A DNA stretch of 64,000 nucleotides, from contig NMRA01000411.1 in the NCBI GenBank assembly GCA_002633005.1, forward strand, positions 345,053-409,052, read 5' to 3'. The stretch comes from Phoronis australis. Lineage: Eukaryota > Animalia > Phoronida. Made by a program: the position numbers and the translations under genes. Shown here piece after piece: positions 1 to 12,689 of this stretch (within the stretch, counting starts at the first letter, position 1; the number at the start of each line of letters is the position of its first letter). The notes under the pieces were generated by a model. It was not told the DNA's origin and did not search any database. It saw only the letters and a program-made list of their open reading frames with translations.

Positions 1-1111
1 AAATTAAAAATTTTCACAGAGATCGCAGTAAATTCAACAAATGTTTTTGTTTTGCATGAAACTTATATATTCCATTTATTCCGTTAGCACCGAACAAAAG
101 CGCTGCTAGGATTTTCAGTTAAAGCTTTTGGGCCAGAATTTAAGTGTCTAAAATCGCAACACTCCGATATTTTCAACTGACATTGAAGTCTTAATTTTAC
201 AATGAAGTACTTGGGATTAACAGCAAATATGAAACATGCTACTGCAGTCAATGGAATAAAGAAGAAAGATTTAAAGAGTTTGTGCAAAAAGTTTCTTGTG
301 ATTGGATTCCTGTATGATGGTGATCTCTGAAAAATCACGGTTCTTTGAAAAAAATTGTGATCCCTTTGATTAGGAAGGTTTCAAAGAATATAGTTTTGCT
401 AGTTTATAATTCATTAAATTTTCAAGAAATATTAACTTTATATAACATTGCTACTAAGCTGGCGGACCGTTTCTCTGTTTTACCGTGCAAACTGCATTAA
501 CTGTAGTTCTTTTTGTGTAAATTACAAAATACTTATGCAACACTCAAATTAATGAGTGAAATTCCAAGTGGGCACTGATGATGTCATGTGCATTGATTTC
601 ACCTTCTGTATGCTGTGTTCAGGCTAGAAAGGGTAGATTTTAAGCTGAATTTATCAAAAACACAGGCATTCGAAATTCCAAAATGTGCATTTTGTCGAGT
701 TTGCATGGTATCAACCATAACAGATAGGGTATTTGTGTAGGATTACACCCAGTAGCACTGGTCTGAACTGAATTATTTTGTACTGGGATTAGATATGCTT
801 GACTTGCAGTAAAATTTCATGAACTGCGAACACAATGTATCAAATAAGATGAAATTCTGCTCTTCATTTTTGCTTGCAACAAATAAGTGTTTCACCTTTT
901 TTAAGTTCTATGCAGTATCTAGTGTCATACAATGGTTAGAGGAATTATGGGTGTTTACAGCACTGGTGTCCATGAAGTGACACCAGTTTTTGGGATGAAA
1001 TTTGTCCGAAATTGGTCAGATTTTACTTTAAACTATCAGCTTGCTTGTTTGATTACTTAATGACACTGGCATGGTTATATCTAATAATGCATCTTTTTCC
1101 CTGCTATGTAG

Positions 1112-1373
1112 GTTCGTTGGAATCGCGAGATGAAGCGAGGTTCTTACAAGCTTTCAGAAAATAATAGAATAGACACACCTTTTAACAGTGCTACTGCGGA
1201 TGGCCAGTTGCATTATGACGTGGACGTGTCTAGGACTGGCTCTTCCTACATATATGTCTACAGTCTCATTATTCGTGGACTGGTACGCGATGACACCGGT
1301 TTTTACACATGTCAGGTCATTATACCTGGCGATCGGGACTTTCTGCATAAAAAAGTCGAGGTCCGCGTAACAG
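1112..1373 (+). CDS. Gene A (lachesin/IgLON-like 3-Ig GPI adhesion protein), exon for the second part of Ig1; earlier exons lie outside the window
   Basis: tgtag|GTT acceptor, G|gtgagt donor, phase 0 to 1. VRWNRE...YSLIIRGLVRDDTGFYTCQV...KKVEVRVT contains the Ig C-strand Trp and the D-x-G-x-Y-x-C motif. Confidence 0.9.
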
Positions 1374-1462
1374 GTGAGTTTCTGTCACCTATATTTCCTT
1401 GAAGTATTCATAGTTGGTGATCAATTGATTTGCAATCAACAGGGCTTTCTTCATTCAGTGCA

Positions 1463-1566
1463 AATGTATTCTAATGCTCTAAGCTATCAATGTATTCTGA
1501 TGTTCAAAGTGATCAATGGATTCTGATGTTCTAAGCTGTAACTATATTCCAAAGTTCTAAGCTATA
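1463..1566. repeat. Degenerate 26-bp tandem repeat, about 4 copies (intronic)
   Basis: Unit aatgtattctaatgctctaagctatc starts at about 1463, 1489, 1515 and 1541. Confidence 0.7.
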
Positions 1567-1945
1567 CAGATGTTTGGTGATGCCGTGTCTAGCGTTATTA
1601 TGACGCGATTTGAAGCGGCAACTAGGAATGAGAATGCAGTCACATGACATTGGAAAAAAATCACAGGTCTTGGACATTTTTACCATTCGTGCAACCATGG
1701 CGGCATTTTAGCTTTGGAAACTTCATGTGTTTGGATTAATTGGTGTGCGCCCACAATGGTTGTATCTATTGGATACAGGCTCCTCTCAGATTAATTTAAG
1801 TGCGCAATATTTACATGTATCAGTGAATGGGTAACCAAGTCAGCAAACATAGACTACCACGGTTTCCAGAATTCCTGTATTTCATTTGGATTTTTTGCTT
1901 TGGCACTACAGAAAACCAATTTTATTTCATGGTGGATTTTTACAG

Positions 1946-2103
1946 AGCCACCAACTATTTCTGGCCATACCATTAACGAGAAAAGCTTCATCAATGGATC
2001 ATCAGAAATGTTCTGTGAAGCGGAAGGAGTTCCCCGGCCAACCATACAATGGGCAAAGGTGTCCGGCCACCATCTATCCATGCCTAAAGACCACATTTTT
2101 GAG
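1946..2103 (+). CDS. Gene A exon, first half of Ig2
   Basis: tttacag|AG acceptor, GAG|gtttga donor, phase 1 to 0. EPPTISG...SEMFCEAEGVPRPTIQWAK is an I-set C..G.P.P.I.W motif. Confidence 0.9.
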
Positions 2104-2676
2104 GTTTGAAACTTTCTCATTGTCTGAAGTATTTTGTTTCCTTTAGTTTCATTTCTTTGCTGTTTCAACTCACAACTCATTCTGTCGTCGAGAAGTAAGC
2201 TCATATTTCTTACAATATACATAGGCAACAAAAAAATGTCATCGTGATGGCCCGAATATTTGTCAGGGTTATGCTTAAGTTGATAATGATTATTGAGTAG
2301 TTGGTAACTGATGTAATTGTCAGTCGGCATATTTGCTACACTGAATTTGAAGTGTGGTCACAGTTGAATGAAACTTTTTTACTGTTGTAGAAACAGTCTC
2401 ATATTGTACGCGTAGAATTGAAATTTCCAAGTTTAATCACCAGTTTCTAATATAATCGCACTGTCTGTCTATCATCTGGAGTTGGTTGTCAGAAGAGTTT
2501 CTACAAACACAATGTGACAATAAAATAAACAATGCACACAAAACGACAAAACGGTATATTTCACTTGGACATATTTCGACTTGCGACATCTGACTATGTG
2601 AAAAAACTGACAATGGAAGTGGCGTGCTTAATAAGACTCAAGAGGGGGCTACTGCAAACTTATACTGATGTTTCAG

Positions 2677-2908
2677 AACAAAATACTTAGCGACCGGAAG
2701 TTTCGAAGCGTGCTTAAGATGAAGAATCTGCAAAAGGATGACCGAGGAACATTCCGCTGTCTAGCGTCCAATAACGTTCCAACGCAGTCACCAGTAGAAA
2801 GAACAATTTTATTGGCTATTGAATACAAACCTTCCACAAGAACGACTAACCCCGTTGTCACTGCCTACTTGAATAAGCCATCTGCAAAGCTGTCATGCAT
2901 ATCTTCAG
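2677..2908 (+). CDS. Gene A exon, end of Ig2 and start of Ig3
   Basis: tttcag|AAC acceptor, G|gtatgt donor, phase 0 to 1. LKMKNLQKDDRGTFRCLASNNV...IEYKP...AKLSCISSG; DDRG.Y/F.C.A.N.V is lachesin-like. Confidence 0.9.
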
Positions 2909-2999
2909 GTATGTAGGGTATCAGCGTTTATTACCGATGTAGGAAACTTGTCTTTAATTAAGGGACAGTACCCTCGAGAAAAGTGATTTTCTGAGATCA

Positions 3000-3062
3000 G
3001 ACTCAGGGCGGAATCGAGCCGGAACCTCCGGGGTCACAGTCTAACCCTGTGCTGGTGGAGCT
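3000..3062 (-). mobile_element. Possible tRNA-derived SINE head remnant
   Basis: The minus strand reads ...gaccccggaggttccggctcgattccgccctg, with a B-box-like GGCTCGATTCC. No complete cloverleaf. Confidence 0.35.
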
Positions 3063-3434
3063 GAATCTTAACACTCCATAAATGGCAGGGAATTCTGAGC
3101 GTTTTTAAGTGCAAAGTCGCTGGCCTGGATTTTAGCAAATGTCCGGCAGCTTGGCAAAAATTGACAATTTGTACTAAATTCACAAAAACATGATGTTGTT
3201 GGTTTTTAGCTCTGTTCAAAGCTACAAATTTTGAGAATTGTATCCAATCCAACAATAATACTAAAAATGTGTTTTTCAGCCCAAAAATTGTTCCCGCCCC
3301 TTTAGGTTGGAATAGTTTTTCGTTACAAGGAACAGAGTTGGAATCAAACTTTGGAAGCCAATGTAGGAATTTTTTAGACATTCGGGAATTTATTTAAAAC
3401 TTTATAATTGAGTTTTAAGGGAGTAACATGGGAA

Positions 3435-3660
3435 ATTATATACGGTGGTGCGTCTCTGATAAATAGTGGAGTATTTATATACCGTGGGCTGTAAACTGCT
3501 TCAGTTCGCAGCGTCTCTGATAAATAGTGGAGTAATTATATACCGTGGGCTGTAAACTGCTTCAGTTCGCAGCGTCTCTGATAAATGGTGGAGTAATTAT
3601 ATACGGTGGTGCTGTAAACTGCTTCAGTTCGCAACGTCTCTGATAAATAATGGAGTAATT
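3435..3660. repeat. 61-bp minisatellite, about 3.5 copies
   Basis: cgtctctgataaatagtggagta...cttcagttcgcag starts at 3451, 3512, 3573 and 3635. Confidence 0.9.
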
Positions 3661-3741
3661 GTATTGGGTACAATAACGTGTTGATGTTTCTCACAAACAA
3701 AATATGGAAATTGTATGTAACTGCACATTGCCTTTCTGTAG

Positions 3742-3969
3742 GTGACCCCGTTCCTCAGGTGACGTGGGTCCGAGAACAAAAACCTAACGTCAAGCTAACA
3801 ACAGGATCCAAATATCTGGTGCAGGAGAGTAGGAAAGGAGCCTTTCTTAGGTCTGGGGAGACGTATCATACACTGGTCGTGAAAGACATCCGTTCAAGCG
3901 ATTTTGGCTACTACGTCTGTAAGGCAGAAAACAGACATGGAATCGCCACATCACGTGTAAATCTTTACC
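3742..3969 (+). CDS. Gene A exon, rest of Ig3
   Basis: tgtag|GT acceptor, C|gtaagt donor, phase 1 to 1. GDPVPQVTW...TLVVKDIRSSDFGYYVCKAENRHGIATSRVNLY; the RVNL(Y/F) ending matches lachesins. Confidence 0.9.
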
Positions 3970-4344
3970 GTAAGTTACTCTGCGTATGCATGTGATTGTA
4001 AATGTGGTGTGACGCTCCCTGTCAATCAGCGACCATCATCTGTCTGTCGTAACTTCCGCTTTTTCATTGGTTAAATGTAAATTCATGAGATGGAACTTGA
4101 GGAGGTTTGATACTTCATTTTCCTCCTCCAGTTGTATCAAATTTCAAAACAAAATTCGATTTTACCTGACGTAGAGTTTGTATACTGTACTTTTCCACTT
4201 TTTACTGTGGTTCTGTCGACAATGAGCATTGCTCACAACCTAGTGGTGGTTTCTAGTACGACGTCCACAAAATTAAAATTGGTAAACTGTAATCCACCTT
4301 GATAACAATGTTTTTGAGCAATTAGTGATTTTTTAGAAGTACCA

Positions 4345-4420
4345 ACATTATTGTTTTTATATCATTATTTGTTGTTATTAGTACTGTTATTGTTATTGTT
4401 ATTATTTTGTTATAATACTT
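4345..4420. repeat. Imperfect (TTA/TTG)n low-complexity tract
   Basis: ttattgttgttattattagtactgttattgttattgttattatt; a similar tract lies at about 4760-4840. Confidence 0.6.
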
Positions 4421-4987
4421 GCTATATTATAATTAATGACATTATTCAGAAACATATATGTTAAACTACATGTGTTTTAATACGGGTGATGTTATTAGCT
4501 GAGGTTGGTGCGCCCTGTAAGTGTTTCATCGCGACCAATGATCAAGTGAAATTACTCGTCGCAATAACTGAGTAATGTCACCTGCATTAAAATGCATGTA
4601 ATTTAACATATTTATAGCATGTATTGAAGACTTTGTCCACATTTTTCCAGTGACCATTTTCTTTCCCTGTGCAATACCCGTGTCACCTGACCACAATAAG
4701 CTTGTACTTTATTGTACGGATACGTGACAAGGTTAATGTTCACGAAAGATGCATGCGGTGTAATTATTGTTATTGCAGTTTTGTTGTTATTTTAATTATA
4801 GTTATTGATTCAGTTATTTTGTTATTTTATTTTATTTTACCATTCATACCAGAGCTGGATACATTTCAAATACTATTATTTTTATTTCAAAAACTCTGGA
4901 CAATATTTGTAAACTGAAACATATGGCGCTTGCAACATGTTGTGTTAAAAAGTATGTGTTGGACTTGACTTTATTTTTCTTTTGCAG

Positions 4988-5121
4988 AAAGCAATCAGCA
5001 GTCATACAATGTTATTGACAGAATTCGAGATGAAGTTAGGAGTGACACGTCCAGGTCAGCAGTGTCTGTGGTCTTACTGGCAGTTCTAGCTCCACTGCAC
5101 AGTATTCTTCACATGCTGTGA
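4988..5121 (+). CDS. Gene A terminal exon, GPI-anchor-like signal
   Basis: Long pyrimidine tract ending tttgcag|AA, phase 1 in frame. QSNQQSYNVIDRIRDEVRSDTSRSAVSVVLLAVLAPLHSILHML* has small-residue omega candidates, a hydrophobic end and no cytoplasmic tail. Confidence 0.8.
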
Positions 5122-6573
5122 TAGCCTTCCTGCTGTCATAGCCTCCGCCTCATCACCTCTGTATGGTGCCATAGCTACAAGACTTCTGGATGGATGTTAG
5201 CTGCATGAAAATGCAGCGGTTTTTCTCACCACCGTGTGGCATCTCATGACAATATAATCTCTAATGTACTACTGCTGCAGCTGGTCATGATATTTTCAAC
5301 TTGTTCCATTTCATACCCTGGGTTCCTCACACTTCCTACCATAATTTTTCCTGAACACTGTTTGGAGGCTTTTAGAAAAACGTGAATTATGTTTTTTGTT
5401 TTCGATAAGTTTAGAAACAATTGAGAATGTCTGAATTTATGTTCTTTGACTGGTCAAAAGTAGCCAACTTCAATGTAATATAAAACCAGCATTAATCAGT
5501 TTATGAAGCCAAAGCTAACCCCTTCTAATTCTATTTCCACAACAGTGTAACCAGATAGCAGAAAATGTCAACTTGTGTGATTTAATGGCTTGAATTTTGT
5601 TGTAAAATCTAATCAAGATAACTATATACAATAGGTTCATCTGAGCGGCCTGTGCACGTCTGGTACAACATGTACCAGACCACCTGCAATAACTTTTTTT
5701 ATTAATCAAAATATTGGATAACCTGTGTGTGAAATGGGATGTTCCAGGGTAATAGTCATGTTAGCAAAGCAGTGCTCAGCTTTAATAATATTTTGTTTAT
5801 ATTTTATATGTCCTTTACCAGTGTTCATTACTGATACTAGGAAGGAATACCTGCTGATACTTTTTAGGTGGATGGAACAGGGTTGCGTTCCATAGATCCA
5901 AGACATTAGTCATATGCTTGCCTCCAGAAATCTTCGCTTAGGGAATGGAAGCGGTCCATCCTATCCTATCACTTATGAATTCTGTCTGGTAATTCAGAAA
6001 TTATATCCCCCAATTTAACATTCTAATCTCGACACCCATCACTTCCATAAACCTCAATTGGTTTACTCACCTTTAACCCTCATGATTTTGCATGGTCTTG
6101 TATGATCCTCCTTTTTTGACAAGATTATTGGGTCTGTGGAACGCACCACTGTTCTGTAAGCAGCTTCTCATCAGCATTAGCTTCTACTAACACTGTGTTA
6201 AACAAATTGGCGTTAGACAGTTATCACGTGTTGAGATTGTACATAAGTTGCACAAAATATCTTAAGGAAATTTTGTCACACCTTTGACTTTAGGTGCAGG
6301 CCATTTAAAATGCTGCACCGGGTTAGTATAGTCATTTCCTGAATTATTGACTGTTTGAGATAAAAATTACTTCTCATCCTTCCCTTGAGTGTAGTTTCTG
6401 ATTGAATAGCCTAATCAAAATGTTAACAAGGCTCATAATCACTCCGTAAATTAAAATTTATTTGAGATTATTTGCGCATGACGTATCTTACAGAATGATG
6501 TCTCACTCTTTTCTCTTTATACTATTATTGCGCAGGTTCTCAGGCTTAGCCATCAAACATTACAAAGGTTTAT

Positions 6574-6816
6574 CATGCGTGCACCCAGCCTAAAATATAG
6601 GGGGGCTTGAATTTTCCGGTGTGCTGACCTTTTACTGAAAGAAATCAATGAAGACTAAAAAAATGGAGCCACTAGGTTCAGGCCCAGGAATGGTGCATCC
6701 GCGCCGATTTTCCCTGGATTTTATGGACTTTTGTCTTGTTTACCCGGACTTTTTGTTTCACTGAGGCGGACCTTTTTGCCCAATTCGCCATTTGAGCCCC
6801 CTTGGGTGCGCCCATG
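6574..6816. mobile_element. MITE with CATG..CATG ends and a 5-bp TSD (TTTAT)
   Basis: TIRs catgcgtgcacccag and cttgggtgcgcccatg; tttat at 6569-6573 and 6817-6821. Confidence 0.75.
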
Positions 6817-9699
6817 TTTATATCTAAGAAATCATTTCTCTTGGTACTAACGCTTAAAATTCAAATCATTTGACTATTCTAGAAAACTGATAGTTAGTTC
6901 AATTTTGGTGAAAATATCATTTCTAAAACTAGGTTTAGATGCATTTGTTCAGACTTGCACAAAACCTTGTAAGCTAGGGCTGGATGACTTGTAAATGCTC
7001 AACTTTTTTATCACCTGAGTTTCTGCTTCGTAGTGTAATATTTCTATTTTAGTAAATATGTATCTGACTGTAAATAGATGTGGTTATTAACTGGGCATTT
7101 TCTCCCTACACACGAAAGTTACGATGTTCTTAATTACTTACTCATGCAGTGAATGATCGTGTGGGATGGAAATAATATTCTATCATGGCATGAGGTGGTT
7201 CGAGACACATTTGGTGTTGTGGCATAACCTGACTTGAAATTTACATTTTAGGCAGGGAGTGCGCAGGAAATTATTTTAGTTCATTTGTATTTTAATTTCC
7301 TTTCAATGTGTAATGACTGGAAAAATATGGTGTCATGTTATAAAGGGGCTTGTTCTTGTAATTTTTAATGATATTTATTCTTGTATTAATAGTTTTTACT
7401 GTATTTTATAGGCACAAGGCGCTGTGATTTTCGTGAACATTCCTTCTGGGAGTATTTTTCTGAGAAAAATATCCAATTTCTCCTCAGAATATTTTGAATT
7501 GTTCTCGTTGGAGTCCATTTCTAGAAAAGTTTTCTTCAGTTTTAGACAAAGCTAATTTCCTGAATTCCTATTCGTTTCATTGTCAAAGGTTTATGTATTT
7601 TGCTGGCAATGCTTAAAACTTGGTCAAATCCTGTTTGTTGTCTTCTTGGTACACATAAAACTGTGCTAACAGCAAACGGAAACTTTATGAATTTTATTTA
7701 AGAATTTGACAACTTTTTCTTCACATTTTGTCCTAAACTGAGAAATTTATGCTATATACCCAATGTGTCGCATCACATGTGAATGTGACGTTGGACTCCT
7801 TCCACTTGACATGTTAAATTCAGTTGGTATGTGTGAACTAAAGGATGAAGTTCAGGTCCCAGTAGCTGGCTGCATGAAACGGTCCCAAATAGGGACAACC
7901 CTGTGTTTTTTAACTATTCACCTCATTTGATTATACAAACTTTCTAATGGTGTTTTATTATATTCATTACTAATTCAACTTTTAGCTTTGGTATTCACAA
8001 AGTAAACTCTGCCTTGAGTTATCAATATTATTGGAATTAAATAGGGTATTGCATGAAATAAGGAATCTGTTTTCAGAAATATTATAAGATAGGAAAATCT
8101 GAGTAAAAGAAGTCATGATAAAAATACAGTAATAGAAACATGTGTCATTTATGGGTGAACAAGGTCATGAACAGGAGATTTGGTGAACTTAGTCGGGACT
8201 GTTTCTTGCAACTGACTACAGATGTCATTCCATACTTTACCCATAATGCATGAGTGATGCATTATGACATACATCTCAACTAGCAGTACTACTGCCAGCT
8301 CTGACATGACACTGTCTATATGGTTCACTCCACTCTGACATTGTGTGTATACAGCTTAATAGTTTGTCTTTGTTTTCAACAACTGATTTTTGAGCCAGTT
8401 ATTGATGGCCCAAATTGACATCCTAAGCTTTGTATAGAGTACAGTTTTTAATTAAAAAGATTTGTTGACTGGTAATGTATTGTGTATATATGTATGTATT
8501 TACTTTTATGAAAATATTTTTTGGGTCTAAGTGTGGTGCTAATTATTCACTTACTTAGCTCACAGAGTGTCAGGGGGATTAAGTTTTGTTTTCACAATTT
8601 TTCAAGAAAAAATAAAGATTAAGGAAAATGTATTGTTAGCTTAGTCCTTCCAGTCTAAATATGGTAAAACAACTTGTGACAAAGTACTCATTATTTGTTC
8701 TAAAAGGTAATTGCCCCTTGGAAAATTGAAAAATGGCAATTTCAGCAATTATATTTGTGCAAAATAAGTGAGGAACTGCCATGCTTATTAAGTAACATTT
8801 CCCTGTATTACTGTGATATACTTGTATTATATTCTTGCCCAAAAATATAGTTTAGTTACTTCAGTACCTGTGGTTGGTTTCATGAAGGCTACAACCTTGG
8901 CAACATCTGGCATCATCTTAGAACTGTTGAACAATTCTCTTGGCCTCAGGTCAATTGTGGAAGTCATGAGTAACTCACTGTAGAAAAATGTAGTAATTTT
9001 ACGTACCGTAAATGTGCGAATTAAAATTCGCATCATCATCTCTCAGAATTGGCTGATTTGATTCAAATCAAGGTTTCTGATACAAGGAATGTTTACCTAC
9101 AAATATGAGGCTATAAAAACTGGGACTTCTTTGATTTTCATCAAGTTAAATTCAAATAAAAGGGAAGGATACATTTAGAAAACTGATTACCAACGTTTCG
9201 AAATTGAACCTAGAATAATTCAAAAGAAATTAAATCTTGATTTAGACTTCTTGATCCAATTGACAGTGGCGCCGTCTTTTGGCAGCAGTTTCCAGCACAG
9301 TCGCTCATTGTTTCTTAGATGTGAACTGACTGTTCAGTATTGCCATGCCAGAAAATAAAATGAGGTGCAGCCATAATTCATCTTGAGCAGCCTGCTGTCT
9401 AACAATTGAGGACAGTAGGTTCTTTGCGACCCCTGAAATGACTGCCAGTTCGACTAAGGACCTATTTGAGATCAACTTCATACCCGTAAGTGACCTAACA
9501 TTATTTTGTCAGTATCACGGGTTTATGGTCGTTTTCAACAAGCTTTCAAAGATTCTGAATTGACTTTGTAAATATAGGAAAGTTCAGGCTGGTGTCTTTT
9601 AATTGTAAAGGAGTGCCATTTTTTTGAAAGTTAAAAGAATCTGAAATTACCCTTCATAATTTTTATAATCCGCAAACTTTTAGAACGGGTTCGAAATTC

Positions 9700-9832
9700 G
9701 TTGGATCGCAAGAGAGGACGTGTGAATTTGGAGTGAGAAAGCAAAGCCGAAGTTGCGCGGTGAGAGAAAACAAAAATCTGCTGGAAAGCACTGCTCGTTG
9801 GTTCCCTGCGTGTGCGCTAGGGAACCAACGAG
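9700..9832 (+). other. Putative non-coding first exon of gene B (start approximate)
   Basis: CpG-rich stretch ending in the perfect donor GAG|gtaagt. A matching acceptor ttacag| at 12250 lies 22 nt before the gene B ATG. Confidence 0.45.
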
Positions 9833-11440
9833 GTAAGTACTGAAGCCGGACCTATTTGTGACCATAGACATCTGTGGCATTGTGTATTTTGAGACGTTCT
9901 GCCCCATCGTGAATATGTAAAGGAAAGGCCACTTTGACCATTTTAGAATATTTTGCATTTGCGATTAACGGATTTCTCGGCCTTCGAAACACGTTCTTCT
10001 TGTTTTAAGTAAGCTTTTGTTCAGAGAAATGGGACCCTGATATATTTTAAGGGGACAAAATCAAGCATACTCGCATAAAATGATGGGATTCGTGGCGTTA
10101 ACAACAATTTTTTTTCTTGATTTACTTCCTACGACCATCCCAGCCGGCGGCAGTTTGCTCTCGCGAATCATCGGACACTGTCGATTTCACAACTGAAAAA
10201 ACGCATTTAATGGAGTTTATTTTAACATTCCAATGATTTAAAAAAAAAATGACACATGACAAAAAATCACGATCGCATTCACATTCACTACCCTTTGGGA
10301 AAATGTTGCTGTGTTCAGCCGGGATCAGTGTGACGCGCCCTCGCAGCCATAGACATGGTAACCCGTGAAATGCTGCGTAGGTTATATGCTGTGAGGGCTG
10401 GCGTTTCTGTCGGACTTAGGGTAACCTATAGTTTACTATTGCCAGGCATGACGTACAACCAAATACCACGGTACGATCTTGGTACAATCTCGGAACCAGT
10501 AACTGGTTCCTGGGTACAACCTTGGCTTACTTGCCTTGAAAGCTTCTAATAAACAACACCTTATTGTATAATCGTCGCGCCATTAGCCCATGGGCGTCTG
10601 TGGGGAACTGCATTCGCCTTGCACGCGAAACTTAGGCGGACCACTTGGTTAAAAAAAATTAGATTTCGGATGTAGACCCTTGGGCCTAAAGGCGCGGCAA
10701 TACGGTAATACAAAACCATTTACCAAATTTCTTGAAAATACAAAGAAATCCAAAGATATACCAGAGGCAGCCGTATGCCATTACGAGGAACAGGCGTATT
10801 CAAAACGGGTGCGCCTATATATGAGAATTATTGTATGGGCCAGTGCAGGGGGCATTACCCGCATGGGTTTAGATATGAAACACTTGAAAAGGCCGTGAAA
10901 AAGGGCATTGATTTCGGATGTAGACCCAGGGTCCTAAACGCGTGGCAATTGCGGCGGTAGCCAGGGCTCCATACCCTATCCGGTCTGTCGGAGGTGTTTT
11001 TGAAGACCTGCACAGAGTTTATTTATTTCTAGGCAACACGTAGCCCCTCGGTTGGTTGGTCGGTTAGCTGCAGTGGTAGGGCCGGCTACAATACTTCCCA
11101 TCGCTTTCTGTCAATTTCGTCGCTTGATGATTTTAACGGGCAGTAGGTGAAATCCGCTCATCGACCAAGAGGTTTTCACATCGCCAGAACTATAGAATAC
11201 ACTTAAAATTATGGTCATTTAAAAAAGGGCTTACTTTCTTCAGCGATCCTTTCTGGACGTTCCAACGCCGGGAATCAGTTCAGCGGCCTGCACGGATCTG
11301 ATACTCTCGACTGTTCGTAGCCGATAACAATATTTGCAGCGTTGTGTACGTTTCCACTCGTTCGTATCGCTTACGAGAGAACCATGTTGACAACTTACAA
11401 AGAACGCCGAAACAGTGAGGAAAGAAGTAGACCGCAGTAC

Positions 11441-11614
11441 CAGGGGCGGATCCAGGATTTTGAGTTAAGGCGGGGGACCATGCACAGGCGGCAGAGTATT
11501 AGCCAGGACTTTGCCAGTCAGACATTAGCAGCCCCCAACTGCCACATGGAATCTGCGTGAATTTTACGGGGGGGCAAGGCCCCCTTGGCCCCCCTCTAAA
11601 GCCGCATGCAACTG
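11441..11614. mobile_element. MITE (CAGGGGCGGATCCAGG family) with a 5-bp TSD (AGTAC)
   Basis: Begins caggggcggatccaggatttt, has a subterminal gggggggcaaggcccccttggccccc, ends ctg; agtac at 11436-11440 and 11615-11619. Confidence 0.7.
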
Positions 11615-12141
11615 AGTACTGAGTTCATTATGCGCTAAATACAAAACGTACAATTCATCATTAGCTTCCGCGTCATCTCTGCTTTGACAAATAACTCAAA
11701 GAATAATAAGCAAGATAAATACACCGAAAAACGATAAAGCTCAAATAAAAGACCCAAAAAGTTTTTGTTAGTAAGTTGATTGGGATTCCTTGGTATAGGA
11801 TCATCGAAACCCGGTACTATACTCCCGGCCGCCGTACAGCTGAACTCTACAGGCTCCCGCTATGAACCTCGGCAAAGTTCATATTGCCCGCCAACTCTTT
11901 CCTTATTATTGCGGTAATTTGTAAGTCCAATTAAACTATTGAGAATTTTCCGATAACACTAGTGATAATAATCACGTACCGAATCCAGAAATGTAATAAA
12001 TGATCTACCCGCTATTCGAAAATGTGAATGGTTTGCACTTGAGACATCGCGAGGACGGCCGAAACCCGGCATAATGTCGCACAAGTCCGCTAACAATAGA
12101 TATGACTCAAGTCGACTCACCTGGCAAAGGTAGGCTTGTAA

Positions 12142-12151
12142 GTCACGTGAC
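12142..12151. promoter_or_regulatory. Perfect palindromic E-box GTCACGTGAC (USF/MiT-TFE type) upstream of the gene B ATG
   Basis: 10-bp palindrome about 120 bp 5' of ATG 12273, in a CpG-rich region. Function not shown. Confidence 0.4.
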
Positions 12152-12272
12152 CAGAAATAACGTTCATGGCGGTGACAAATGACGTTATGGTTTTTTAACT
12201 TATCATTAATATCCACCTCATAAAGTTGTGTTCGCGTTTAAAACTTACAGACTGCGATTATCCGAACTTGCG

Positions 12273-12324
12273 ATGGATTCGCTGTTGAAGTGTTTATTTA
12301 TAAGTGCAGCGTTTATTAACGCAG
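12273..12324 (+). CDS. Gene B (lachesin-like 3-Ig protein) signal-peptide exon
   Basis: MDSLLKCLFISAAFINA ends at the strong donor CAG|gtaaga, phase 1, and joins in frame to VNC|QSTPTI. Confidence 0.8.
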
Positions 12325-12689
12325 GTAAGAACGAAGGCAACTTGTTTCATTCTATGAAATTAGGTCAAACCTGTATTAACGAGTATGGTGACTAAAATCC
12401 TATGTCGCCGGTCAAGTTGTGATTTAACTCAAACCAGTGTGGGGAATATTTGCTAAACAACATGGTCTGAGTTGTGAACAATATGGCCTGTTATGGTCAA
12501 CTTTTTATTTGATAGTCTGAAAGTGTGTGGTTTATTACGCAGCATGCATGTTCTTTTGAACCTAACTTACAAAATAGCTGATTATATATACGATACCTTT
12601 CATACAATCAATATCCGTTGGCCATGTTGATTACGGTACTTTGACGTTAACGTCCTTCAAAACATAAAAATTTTCTGATTCAGTAATGC

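Noticed and set aside
3000-3062. tRNA gene
   Set aside because: Only a B-box-like motif; no acceptor stem or cloverleaf.
3435-3660. CRISPR-like array
   Set aside because: The whole 61-bp unit repeats with no unique spacers, there are no cas genes, and it lies in a eukaryotic intron.
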